A DNA stretch of 64,000 nt from a virus: IMG/VR virus record IMGVR_UViG_3300027792_000011; one strand, 5' to 3'. Of this stretch, positions 39,942 through 48,344 are shown piece after piece. A program made the translations under genes and the position numbers. The notes beneath the pieces are model-generated. The model did no database searches, had not been told where the DNA came from, and was given only the letters and a program-made list of their open reading frames with translations. How positions within the stretch are numbered: position 1 is the stretch's first letter; each line of letters starts with the position of its first letter.

Positions 39942-40694
39942 ATGCCAGGTCCCTTCTCAGGTTGGAATCCCCTCAACCACTATGTCCAGAATGGCATGGT
40001 TGACGGGAAGTTTGTTTCGGGCGGCCTTACTCTCATCGCTGCTGGTCCTCCCCGGCTATCACAGCTTGGGACAGGAGCTGGCGGGATGTCCATGGCCGCT
40101 TCCGCTCGTGATAGCGACATTGTCTATCCGATCGGTGTGACCCAGAACATCAATCACTCTCAGAACAAGACCTTCATGCGTATCTGGGAGCTTGGCTCAG
40201 AGAGATCATACTTCATCGGCGGCAGAACAGTGGGGCAGCTCGCTCTTTCGAGAGTGTACTATCACGGTGCATCTCTCCTGCGTGTGTTGTACGCATACTA
40301 CCAGGACATGCTGCCTGGACCGGTTCAGGTACCTTGGATGTTCCCCAATCAGGGAGCATACAACATGGTAAACCAGCACGACGTGATCGTGCCTCCTGGA
40401 TACGAGAACCTCTTTCTCAACCTGGCGTCTGATCTGTTCAATCAACCCATTGGTCTCTTGGTCTACATGAGAGACTCGAATCTCAATACGATAGGTGCTG
40501 TATACCTCGAGGCGTGCTACGCTCCGAATCACACTTGGGCAACAGACGCTCAAGGAACCATCGTTCAGGAGACGGTGGCGATCCAGTACGAGCGAGTGAT
40601 CCCGGTCAACGTAGCAGCTGTGTCGCTGGTCACTGGACTATCAGAAGCTGTTTCCGGTATCTCTAGCGGAGCGATGCCGTCTATCGCAGCGTAG
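39942..40694 (+). CDS. Tail tube protein
   Basis: Follows the sheath gene; IGVTQNINHSQ, RIWELGS, YLEACY and ETVAIQYE patterns. Confidence 0.75.
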   Translation: MPGPFSGWNPLNHYVQNGMVDGKFVSGGLTLIAAGPPRLSQLGTGAGGMSMAASARDSDIVYPIGVTQNINHSQNKTFMRIWELGSERSYFIGGRTVGQLALSRVYYHGASLLRVLYAYYQDMLPGPVQVPWMFPNQGAYNMVNQHDVIVPPGYENLFLNLASDLFNQPIGLLVYMRDSNLNTIGAVYLEACYAPNHTWATDAQGTIVQETVAIQYERVIPVNVAAVSLVTGLSEAVSGISSGAMPSIAA

Positions 40695-40706
40695 GAAGGT
40701 TGACCT

Positions 40707-41870
40707 ATGGCAGTGTACTCTACCAGAGCTGAGTGGCTCGAAGCACAGTCTCGAGATCACTTCCACAAGTTGGGATCGTTGACGATCAAGACGACTGATG
40801 CCCACTTCATGGGCAAGGTAGCAGCTCATGAGTTCAGCCCAGAGATCACAAAGACTGCCAGCTTCAATGCCATTCTTCTGGACATCATAGAGCGCAGCAA
40901 GCCAAATGGACTGATCAAATCGGCAGCTCTGCACGCAACTCTCAACGATGAGGGCATCTTGAAAGTTGCTTCGGAGGATAGCTACTGGACCGGCGCACAG
41001 GCAGTACATCACCTTGATTTCCTTTCAGGTGTCTACGATATCAATCCGGATATGGCCTGGCGTTTTGCTGCGAATGCGGGGCTTGCCAAGGAAGCAGGCA
41101 TTGGAAACTTCGTTGGTGCTGCAGGCCGACTTTTGGGCAGAGGAGCTAAAGCTGGCGGAGGAGCACTACAAGCTGGAAGGCAGGCAGTAGGTCGAACAGC
41201 TAGTGGTGTGTCAAATTGGTGGAAAGGGACTGGTACCAAGTTCCTAGGTGATACAAGCCATTTGGGAACCAAGCCGTTGGGCCAAGCCTGGTCGCCGCTA
41301 CCAGCGGGACAGCATGCGATCAATCCGAATACTCTAGCAAGCAATCTTGCGAACAAGAATCCGTTTCAGCGGGCTGCTCAGCGAGTTAGCAATTGGTGGT
41401 CAGGTTCAGTTCACGGAACAGCTGGAATGCAGGGTCCTGGAATCAATCCATTGCGTAGAGCGGGTCAGAATATTGCCTATCAAGCCGAGCGTGGTTTTGA
41501 AGCAGGAAAGGCCGGAGCCCCCATTCTTCAGCGAGCTCCTAAGCCCGCAGCTGCAGCTGCAGAGCACGCCGCTCCAGCAGCTAGTCAGGGAGCAGGTGCA
41601 GCAGGCCATGCAGTGCCGGCCGCTCCTGAAGCAGCTGCGGGAGCTGCCGGTCAAGTAGCACCAAGACAAAGTGCTGGAAGAGAAGCCTGGGAGACCACCA
41701 AGGCAATTGGCCGGGGAGCACGTAACCTGGGCTATGCAGGTATCATAGGCGGAACTGTTCTTGGAGCAGCTGGACTATCAGCAGCAGGCAATCTAGTTCG
41801 TCCCAACCCCTCACCATACCAGTATGGAATGGGCGGCCCAACTCCCTGGATGTCCCCACAGCAGATGTAG
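40707..41870 (+). CDS. K-x-A polyprotein, Gly/Ala-rich
   Basis: GKVAA, TKTAS, IKSAA, LKVAS, AKEAG; repeated VSNWW; hydrophobic C-terminus. Confidence 0.6.
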   Translation: MAVYSTRAEWLEAQSRDHFHKLGSLTIKTTDAHFMGKVAAHEFSPEITKTASFNAILLDIIERSKPNGLIKSAALHATLNDEGILKVASEDSYWTGAQAVHHLDFLSGVYDINPDMAWRFAANAGLAKEAGIGNFVGAAGRLLGRGAKAGGGALQAGRQAVGRTASGVSNWWKGTGTKFLGDTSHLGTKPLGQAWSPLPAGQHAINPNTLASNLANKNPFQRAAQRVSNWWSGSVHGTAGMQGPGINPLRRAGQNIAYQAERGFEAGKAGAPILQRAPKPAAAAAEHAAPAASQGAGAAGHAVPAAPEAAAGAAGQVAPRQSAGREAWETTKAIGRGARNLGYAGIIGGTVLGAAGLSAAGNLVRPNPSPYQYGMGGPTPWMSPQQM

Positions 41871-41906
41871 AGCTAAGACAAAGAGCCACGGGTTTCCGTG
41901 ACTCTT
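41871..41906 (-). terminator. Cassette terminator + TTAGCT
   Basis: AAGAG.CACGG/CCGTG.CTCTT stem next to AGCTAA. Confidence 0.65.
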
Positions 41907-41929
41907 CGTCTCGTTGGAGTGGGGGAAGG

Positions 41930-42187
41930 CTACGCGCGTACGATCTTGCGTCCGATCTTGCGTTCCTTTGTCAGAGCATCCACTAGTCGCTGCTTCTTCA
42001 GCGGGGTCGCGTTGGGGGTGGGCGGCTCGACCACGATGGTCAGCACGCCGTCCTTGGTCAACGAGGAGAGGTGGTCGATGAGTTTGTCCACTCCGTCGGC
42101 CATTTGGCGGTGGATGCTCATGTACGCCTTTGCCACGTTGTTGAGAGCGTCCAACTCGGCCTTAGAAAACTCGAAACTGATGCGCAT
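41930..42187 (-). CDS. Hypothetical cassette protein
   Basis: AGAAAGGAG RBS; promoter GAAAAT-17-GATAAG at 42240-42268. Confidence 0.75.
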   Translation of the reverse strand: MRISFEFSKAELDALNNVAKAYMSIHRQMADGVDKLIDHLSSLTKDGVLTIVVEPPTPNATPLKKQRLVDALTKERKIGRKIVRA

Positions 42188-42320
42188 TGGTGACTCCTTT
42201 CTTTTTCAAGGGAGAACTAGGTTCTCCGTCACCATAATACTTATCCCATCTTATATGATCAGATTTTCGCTTTTAGAGCTAAGAAGAGCGCCCGAGAGGG
42301 CGTCTTCCGGAGGTGCTCGG

Positions 42321-42521
42321 CTAGTTGGCCGAGTTCACCTCCTTCATCAGGTCCTTGCTCACCAGGTTGGCCAGTGCGATGAGAGAATTGATCGTATCCG
42401 CTGCGTCTTGCCACTCGGAATCCGTTGGAGTTGAGTGGACCACCAACTTCTTTACGATCGTCTGAAGTTTCGCAACAGCCTGGAGCGACGTCTTGATCGT
42501 CTCTTCTTCTACTCGTGTCAT
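42321..42521 (-). CDS. Hypothetical cassette protein
   Basis: AAGGAGG RBS; promoter TGAAAT-17-GATAAG at 42576-42604; hairpin + TTAGCT at 42277. Confidence 0.75.
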   Translation of the reverse strand: MTRVEEETIKTSLQAVAKLQTIVKKLVVHSTPTDSEWQDAADTINSLIALANLVSKDLMKEVNSAN

Positions 42522-42611
42522 TTTGGTGACCTCCTTCTTTTTCGGGGGAGCATAATTGCTCCGATCACCAAGATACTTATCCCATCTGTATGATCAGAAT
42601 TTCACTTTTGG

Positions 42612-42666
42612 AGCTAAAAAATGAGGGTGCAACAGAGTCCCGCTGCACTGTTGCATGACCCTCTCA
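42612..42666 (-). ncRNA. Putative ~50-nt small RNA or empty cassette
   Basis: Promoter AAAAAA-17-GATAAG (42672-42700) runs straight into a long hairpin + TTTTTTAGCT with no ORF. Confidence 0.4.
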
Positions 42667-42688
42667 GAATACTTATCCCATGATTAGG

Positions 42689-43231
42689 CTAGGATTTTTT
42701 CTCCCACCACTTATCAAGACTGATGGTTCCAGGTATGGGAGACATGTCTACAAACGATCCAGGCATCTGATGGCGGGGTTCTTCTAGTCGATCTGGGAAC
42801 AGTTCCTCTAGCTCATCGTCATCGCTCTGTGCTGGTAGCTGAGGAGCTTTCTGCTTTGGTGCTCGAGCTCCACCGGTTCTCATGTGCTCGAGGGCTATGT
42901 CTGCTATGGCCTGTGGTGGTAGATCCTTGCTCAGGACGCCGAAGAACTTCTCCAGCTCCTCGGCCTCCCACAACTCAGGCTCATTGAGAGCGGAGATGGC
43001 AAACTCTTCTGGGGTAGTGCCATAGGTCTCCAGCAACTCATCTAGTGCTGGATCAGAAGAGGAGGGCTGCCGGGGCTCCTCCTCCGTCGAGGATAGAGAC
43101 GGAGTGATGGGTGTGAGGAACCCCGGCAGCGTAGACGGATCACATGGTTTGATATACTCCTGGATACGAGCCAGGTCGTCAAGAGGTGCTGCTGCTGAAG
43201 TCCAGAAGCTATTCAGTATCGGTGTCTTCAT
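42689..43231 (-). CDS. Acidic Pro-rich hypothetical protein
   Basis: ORF; start chosen at MKTPIL. Confidence 0.6.
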   Translation of the reverse strand: MKTPILNSFWTSAAAPLDDLARIQEYIKPCDPSTLPGFLTPITPSLSSTEEEPRQPSSSDPALDELLETYGTTPEEFAISALNEPELWEAEELEKFFGVLSKDLPPQAIADIALEHMRTGGARAPKQKAPQLPAQSDDDELEELFPDRLEEPRHQMPGSFVDMSPIPGTISLDKWWEKKS

Positions 43232-43460
43232 CTTTGTCCAGATCAGCAATGTTCTGGTACATCCACCATCGAGCATCACTGTCCTCAGATGCTACCACCT
43301 GAAGACGCAATCGGTGCGCTTCGATCAGTACTTTGACTACCTCACTGGCGCTCAGCTTTATTCCGTAGTCCTGTCGAAGTCGCAGCTGTTCTTGAAGTAG
43401 CAGCTGTTCTTGTTCCGGTGTGAACTGCCACTGTACTATCGTCTTCTTTTTCATCCTCAA
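43209..43460 (-). CDS. Hypothetical protein (possibly ribbon-helix-helix)
   Basis: Beta-helix-helix pattern (SASEVVKVLI). Confidence 0.45.
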   Translation of the reverse strand: MRMKKKTIVQWQFTPEQEQLLLQEQLRLRQDYGIKLSASEVVKVLIEAHRLRLQVVASEDSDARWWMYQNIADLDKDEDTDTE

Positions 43461-43555
43461 ACTCGAAGTGTACCCTCAATCTTGGTTGATCACCTTTCAA
43501 TCGACGTTGAGCGTATTCCAGTGCCAGCTCTGCCAACGTCGTGAAAAGATCCTCG

Positions 43556-44086
43556 CTAAAGTCCCTCTTCATACTTCCATTCCTCATATTCCGTTTTCAT
43601 CTTCTTCACCTCCTTCTGCGGAATGCCTAGCTCGAGCTCCTTAGATCTGTTGTTCAACATCACAAGCGCTGTGCTGTATTTGATCCCGTATCCAGTCAGT
43701 TGATGGGCTCGAGCTACGACATTTTCTGCGTTCATCAACTTCGGGAACATTGCCCACTCTGCTTGGATGCATACACTTTCGTAGTGTGCTCTCCACTTTG
43801 CGTTGATCAGGTAGCGTACGGCATATAGAAGATTCCACTGCATGACGTGAGTCAACTCGTGGAACATGTGAGGGGTCATATGGCTGTTCCAGGTCCATGC
43901 TGGACAGTCGTAGATCGTATGCCCTATGGTGGTACCATAGTCGGTGAGGAACTTCTGAATGTTAGTGATCTTCAAGGCGTTAGTGATCTTCAAGAAGATA
44001 TTGATGGTTCTCATGAACCAAGATCTTTGCTTGTCGACTAGTTTGATCTTAGCCACGTTCTTATGAAAGTACGGGAGAAAGTTCAT
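43556..44086 (-). CDS. HExxH zincin-like protein
   Basis: MFHELTHVMQW with a downstream YE; start uncertain; GATAAG promoter at 44192-44220. Confidence 0.6.
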   Translation of the reverse strand: MNFLPYFHKNVAKIKLVDKQRSWFMRTINIFLKITNALKITNIQKFLTDYGTTIGHTIYDCPAWTWNSHMTPHMFHELTHVMQWNLLYAVRYLINAKWRAHYESVCIQAEWAMFPKLMNAENVVARAHQLTGYGIKYSTALVMLNNRSKELELGIPQKEVKKMKTEYEEWKYEEGL

Positions 44087-44195
44087 GTCCACTCCGATCC
44101 TAATATATGAGTAAAAACGATTCGGCTTTTCCGCCTCAACCGCGACATCATGTCCCATCGGTTTACTCAGCCTTGTGGTACCGCCAGAACACTTA

Positions 44196-44414
44196 TCACA
44201 CTTTCTGATCGAAATTTTTGCGGGATCTAATGTCCTCGAAAGACAGTCTACTCTCGTTATCTTTGATGTGTTCCCCCGCACTGATCAGCACTTCAGCTAG
44301 TAAGAAGCATTGATCAGCTCCATGTAGGACAAGTCCAGTGTCTGCATCTCCTGGCCTTCCGGTGATTACCTTCAAGATCGCAATGTTGCCCATCACCTTC
44401 ACACGATCTTTCAT
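44196..44414 (-). CDS. Hypothetical protein
   Basis: 72-aa ORF with a GGGGGT RBS-like site. Confidence 0.5.
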   Translation of the reverse strand: MKDRVKVMGNIAILKVITGRPGDADTGLVLHGADQCFLLAEVLISAGEHIKDNESRLSFEDIRSRKNFDQKV

Positions 44415-44533
44415 TCCGTTACCCCCTGTCTGGTGTGATCGTAACTAGAGATCGACTTGACTTCGACTACATTGCCCACCTAACATCACCTCCTCCGGAT
44501 CCTTCATTGTCTCCTTGGACCGATCGAGATCGA

Positions 44534-44562
44534 TTGTAGAATGCGACGGTCCATGGTATAAG
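44534..44562 (+). promoter_or_regulatory. Sigma70-like promoter
   Basis: TTGTAG-17-TATAAG with TG extension. Confidence 0.55.
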
Positions 44563-44598
44563 AGGCCCGGCCACGGAACTGTTCTAGTACAGAAGATC

Positions 44599-44856
44599 AT
44601 GACAAATCAAGTACCAAAAGTAATTTGTGTTGCCTGCGAAAGGCCGATTTTCTTCTGCAGAGCTGTGGGGCGGGACTACATAGGAGCCAATGTAAGAGCC
44701 GAGGACTTTGTTCCGATCGGTGATTATGCCGCTCCTAAAGAGGCAGATCCAATGATCTGTCCTCTATGTGGTAAATTGTTCGTACTACTCAATGGCAGAG
44801 GCGGGATCATCCTAAAGCTGGAGGGTGAGGCTTATTGGCCGCATCCTCCATTCTGA
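44599..44856 (+). CDS. Zn-ribbon protein
   Basis: CVAC..CPLC. Confidence 0.55.
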   Translation: MTNQVPKVICVACERPIFFCRAVGRDYIGANVRAEDFVPIGDYAAPKEADPMICPLCGKLFVLLNGRGGIILKLEGEAYWPHPPF

Positions 44857-44867
44857 ATCAAGATCTC

Positions 44868-44896
44868 TTGACATAGTGATCATGATCAGATATGTT
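44868..44896 (+). promoter_or_regulatory. Sigma70 consensus-like promoter
   Basis: TTGACA-17-TATGTT. Confidence 0.7.
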
Positions 44897-44944
44897 CATT
44901 GTGATCGTGATCGAGTACGACAAGTTGAAGTAAGGAAGGTAGAA

Positions 44945-45715
44945 ATGACACATCCGGCAGAGGCAAAGAGCGACAAGGCAGCGGAGCTGAAGGAAAAGCT
45001 TGCGCGCCTGAAGAGTGGTGGCAATGGGCAGACGGCGGCTCCGGTACCGTCCAACGGAAATAGCGTGACCGTCCCGGCCAAGAAACGTGGTGGGATGGCG
45101 GACGTGCCAGGAGTGCATGTCTCTGAGACCCCCGTCGTGAAGAAGAGCCCAGTCGTGAAGAAGAGCCCAGTCGAGAAGGAGCCCAAAAAGACACCGGTGA
45201 GGGCTGCGAAGACCGCGAAGGCCGCCAAGTCCGAAAAGGCTCCAGCACCTCGAAAAGCAGCCAAGGAGAGCGTGGAGAAAGCTCCGAGGAAAGCCAAGAA
45301 GGCTGCAGAAGGTGAGATTCACCGGAGCATGGATAGGGACAGGAAAAGTGATGGTCTACGTCCTGTTGAAAGGGACATCATCAAGATCGTGAAGGCCAAG
45401 CGTGGGAAGCCAATCTCCATCCGTGACATCGCGATCGCAATGTTCGGGGAGGAGAAGGTAACCGTAGCATACGGTGAGGGCAAGAAGGACAACGAGCTCG
45501 TCCGTGTTGTTCGCAACGGCATCAGGGTCCCATGCTCCATTGGCATTCTCACTAGGTGGTCGAAAACTGGCGATCCAGATGCGAAGCGTGGCTACGTGAT
45601 GATGGTTGGGGTCTCTCCTCCTCCAGTCAGTGCTTCTGCGAAAGCGACGAAGATAGCGAAGGAGAAAGTCAGAGAGAAGGTCGCCGCCAAAAGGGCGAAG
45701 ATCAAGTCTGAGTAG
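44945..45715 (+). CDS. Histone H1-like basic protein with winged-HTH-like domain
   Basis: K/A/P-rich repeats (18-nt tandem at 45134-45169); PVERDIIKIVKAKRGKPISIRDIAIAMF; AAGGAAGG RBS. Confidence 0.65.
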   Translation: MTHPAEAKSDKAAELKEKLARLKSGGNGQTAAPVPSNGNSVTVPAKKRGGMADVPGVHVSETPVVKKSPVVKKSPVEKEPKKTPVRAAKTAKAAKSEKAPAPRKAAKESVEKAPRKAKKAAEGEIHRSMDRDRKSDGLRPVERDIIKIVKAKRGKPISIRDIAIAMFGEEKVTVAYGEGKKDNELVRVVRNGIRVPCSIGILTRWSKTGDPDAKRGYVMMVGVSPPPVSASAKATKIAKEKVREKVAAKRAKIKSE

Positions 45716-45731
45716 CTTCCAGACCGATAGA

Positions 45732-45765
45732 CAGGTGGGCCTCATAGAAATGTGAGGCCCACCTG
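45732..45765 (+). terminator. Stem-loop after H1-like gene
   Basis: CAGGTGGGCCTCA/TGAGGCCCACCTG. Confidence 0.6.
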
Positions 45766-45782
45766 CGTCTAGTAGGTGTGGT

Positions 45783-46352
45783 ATGAACATTCTTGATCTA
45801 GAAGAAGAAGATGTATTCCAACTCAGCTCACCAACAAAAGGCGGTGTCATGGCAGAGGGTAAAAAGGTGGAGAGTAAACGCTCTACTCCTACAAGACCAA
45901 TGATGAGTACGATAGGCCATGTACCTCCTGGTTGGGTGGGTAATTACCGCCAGACGCATGATCCGAATAGTGAGCGCTGTATGTGCGCTAGCTGTACTGT
46001 TCGCGAGTATCCCTACCTGCGTGAGGGGATTCCGGTACAGGTACACCCATCCTACTCAGCGGATACTCCGCAGATGCAAAATATGGCCGGTCTCTACGAC
46101 AAGAGAGTCATGAACAAAATGCAGGTCGAGTGCTGTAAGTGCCACATGTACATCGAGCTGGAAGGCGCAGTGGCTGACGCCTATACTCCAGAGAAACAAG
46201 ACATCTGCCACTTTGGCTGTCTACCAGACGATGAGCGAAAGCACTTCGAGTCCATAGGGTACAGCCTTCCGTACGTCATATTTATCAGGAAGATGGATGG
46301 AGGCAAGAATGGATCAGGACCCGTATCGGAGACACTGCCACAAAAGGAATGA
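45783..46352 (+). CDS. Cys/His-rich hypothetical protein
   Basis: CMCASC, CCKC, CHFGC. Confidence 0.6.
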   Translation: MNILDLEEEDVFQLSSPTKGGVMAEGKKVESKRSTPTRPMMSTIGHVPPGWVGNYRQTHDPNSERCMCASCTVREYPYLREGIPVQVHPSYSADTPQMQNMAGLYDKRVMNKMQVECCKCHMYIELEGAVADAYTPEKQDICHFGCLPDDERKHFESIGYSLPYVIFIRKMDGGKNGSGPVSETLPQKE

Positions 46353-46353
46353 T

Positions 46354-46608
46354 GTGACGGCAATCTACGAGGTCAACCTCGATGGGTTTGCTGGTGAAAT
46401 TGGAAAGCTAGTGATCGTTCTGACGGATGGCACTATACTTCTGTACGACTTTCATAAGTATGTCCATGAGGTACTAGGTCCTGAATGTGAAAGACGAAGC
46501 GTGCTTCTCCAGGACGTAGAAAGGGAGATAGGGTACGTAGAGGAGAAGCTGAAGACGCTGAAGCATCTTCGTAGGATGCTGGAACCCTCACCGGAGCTGA
46601 CTGAGTAA
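46354..46608 (+). CDS. Hypothetical protein
   Basis: AAGGA + GTG start in the frame of track ORF 46297..46608. Confidence 0.55.
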   Translation: MTAIYEVNLDGFAGEIGKLVIVLTDGTILLYDFHKYVHEVLGPECERRSVLLQDVEREIGYVEEKLKTLKHLRRMLEPSPELTE

Positions 46609-46940
46609 TGGCACCGATCACTGATCTCAAATACGTCCGTTTCATCAAGGAAGGATCTGAGATAGGATCCTCGCTGATAGAGCAGGCCAAGAGGGAGATA
46701 AAGATCGAGCCCAAGGATGCATCAAAGACATTGGTGACAGCTTGGGTAGTGCTGAACGCCGTTTCTGCTGTTTGCCACCGAAACAGGATGCACACACAGG
46801 CAGCCAAGGTAGAGACGATGCGACAGAGGATCAGGTTCATGGCAGGTGAGCTGGCGACAGCAGGCTACCACTTGGTGACCGACGTACCAGATAGCCAGGT
46901 AGCGCTAGTCGTCACACCAAAGAAACCAGAGGAGGTGTAG
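46608..46940 (+). CDS. Hypothetical protein
   Basis: TAATG coupling. Confidence 0.6.
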   Translation: MAPITDLKYVRFIKEGSEIGSSLIEQAKREIKIEPKDASKTLVTAWVVLNAVSAVCHRNRMHTQAAKVETMRQRIRFMAGELATAGYHLVTDVPDSQVALVVTPKKPEEV

Positions 46941-46942
46941 AG

Positions 46943-47410
46943 ATGGAACCGGAAGAGAAGACCAGAAGGATGTCCGAGTGGGCGGACGGAGTTCAGGACG
47001 GCAGCATCGAATTCCTCGAGGTTGCGCTTGATATGAAGGAGGCGAGCAAGGCTGGCTACGAATGGCCCTGGCTCATCGGCCTCTACCTCGAGATGTTCGC
47101 CAACCTCATTCGGAATGGAAGCTGCGCACCAGATTTCGATGCCAAGCTGAAGACGCGGATAAAGGTGGCGAGGACCACTGCGTCCAGGGGCTACCTCGGC
47201 CCGTTCCAGGAAATGTCGAAGATGCTGTCTGGCGAACAGATCAGCGCCCTCGACAACATGAACGAAGTCTTCATCGAGCTGTGGAACAAGATGCCTGGTA
47301 GCTGCGAGATCGACAAGATATTGAGCGAGGCGGCAACTCCACAGCAACAAGAGCTCCCGATCGTGACTGTTGTTACCCCACCGAATGGCGAGTTCCCGAC
47401 GGCTGTCTAG
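46943..47410 (+). CDS. Hypothetical protein
   Basis: GGAGGTG RBS; strong codon bias. Confidence 0.7.
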   Translation: MEPEEKTRRMSEWADGVQDGSIEFLEVALDMKEASKAGYEWPWLIGLYLEMFANLIRNGSCAPDFDAKLKTRIKVARTTASRGYLGPFQEMSKMLSGEQISALDNMNEVFIELWNKMPGSCEIDKILSEAATPQQQELPIVTVVTPPNGEFPTAV

Positions 47411-47429
47411 TATCAGCCAATAACTACGT

Positions 47430-47847
47430 AAGAGAAGAGGGGCGGCTTAGATCTTTCACTGTGATCCAGGGGACAAGTTACTGGAATCTAGCCGCCCCTC
47501 TTCCCTGTTTCTAGTATCAAAGCTTTCACCTGTCAATGGGAGAGAGGACGGCTTAGATCTTTCTCCTGTGTCCTGAGACCACAGGGTACTGGAATCTAGC
47601 CGCCCACAAACTCTCCCAACCGATCCTAACATTACTCCTGGCGCCAGCGTGCTTCATTACGACCATTCGTACCCAGGTCTCAGGTACCCGGATGCCTCCC
47701 CACAAACACGTCGTGGGGCGCACAAGGACATACGATAGCCGCCACCATATTTGAATCTCCGATGGTGGCCGGAGCAGATCCTTTTGCGATAGGCGCCTTC
47801 ACGCAAAGGATCCGATCATAGAAACAGTCCGTAACTGCTCCTCGATC
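47430..47847 (-). ncRNA. Putative ~410-nt structured non-coding RNA with duplicated 3' domain
   Basis: No ORF of 60 aa or more. Own promoter GAAAAA-17-TATAAG (47854-47882). Multiple stems. Two copies of GGCGGCTAGATTCCAGTA..GAAAGATCTAAGCCG. Confidence 0.65.
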
Positions 47848-47853
47848 AAAGAT

Positions 47854-47899
47854 CTTATATACACGATCTATCGTCTTTTTTCACTTATCTGGGTATAAG
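47854..47899. promoter_or_regulatory. Overlapping divergent promoters
   Basis: Minus-strand TATAAG at 47854-47859; plus-strand GGTATAAG at 47892-47899. Confidence 0.6.
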
Positions 47900-47942
47900 A
47901 CTGACAGAGGAAGACCATTTGACGTGGTCATAGGAGGTTCAT

Positions 47943-48344
47943 ATGGGATGTGTGACCTGTGGAGGCGGAGTAGTAGAGAAACAGGAAGACATGTCGATCG
48001 AAGAGATCGAAGAGGAGCTGCGCGAGATGCGTACTCCAGCAGAGATGGACAAGCTGGAGAAGTGGCTCAAGAACAGGCCATCAGAGGTAGAGAGAGTGGC
48101 CAGGGAATTTCCACCATGGCAGCTATATCGGATCAAGGATCAGGCACCCTACCGATTCACGGTTGAAAAGTCCGTTGTTGCCTCATACAAGTTCGTAGAG
48201 ACCAACAACGGGGTGGAAGCCTACTTCAGAGTGCTACGTAGCCCGATCGGATACGCTGGCGTAGTCGCCCACATTAGCCCCGCATTCTTGGAACCGATCA
48301 CTCTTGATGATCTGAAGGAGGAGGTGAAGAATGAGGATCGTTGA
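47943..48344 (+). CDS. Hypothetical protein
   Basis: AGGAGG RBS; first gene of the right-hand operon. Confidence 0.65.
   Translation: MGCVTCGGGVVEKQEDMSIEEIEEELREMRTPAEMDKLEKWLKNRPSEVERVAREFPPWQLYRIKDQAPYRFTVEKSVVASYKFVETNNGVEAYFRVLRSPIGYAGVVAHISPAFLEPITLDDLKEEVKNEDR

Noticed and set aside
43971-44004. 18-nt tandem repeat (LKITNA/LKITNI)
   Set aside because: A simple in-frame duplication with no further structure.
47620-47832. ACATTAC..CTGG and AGAAACAGTC recall hairpin-ribozyme loop sequences
   Set aside because: Order and flanking helices do not fit, and the promoter points to the other strand.
47410-47850. tRNA, tmRNA or lysine riboswitch
   Set aside because: No cloverleaf or T-loop was found, the conserved riboswitch core is absent, and there is no downstream gene on that strand.
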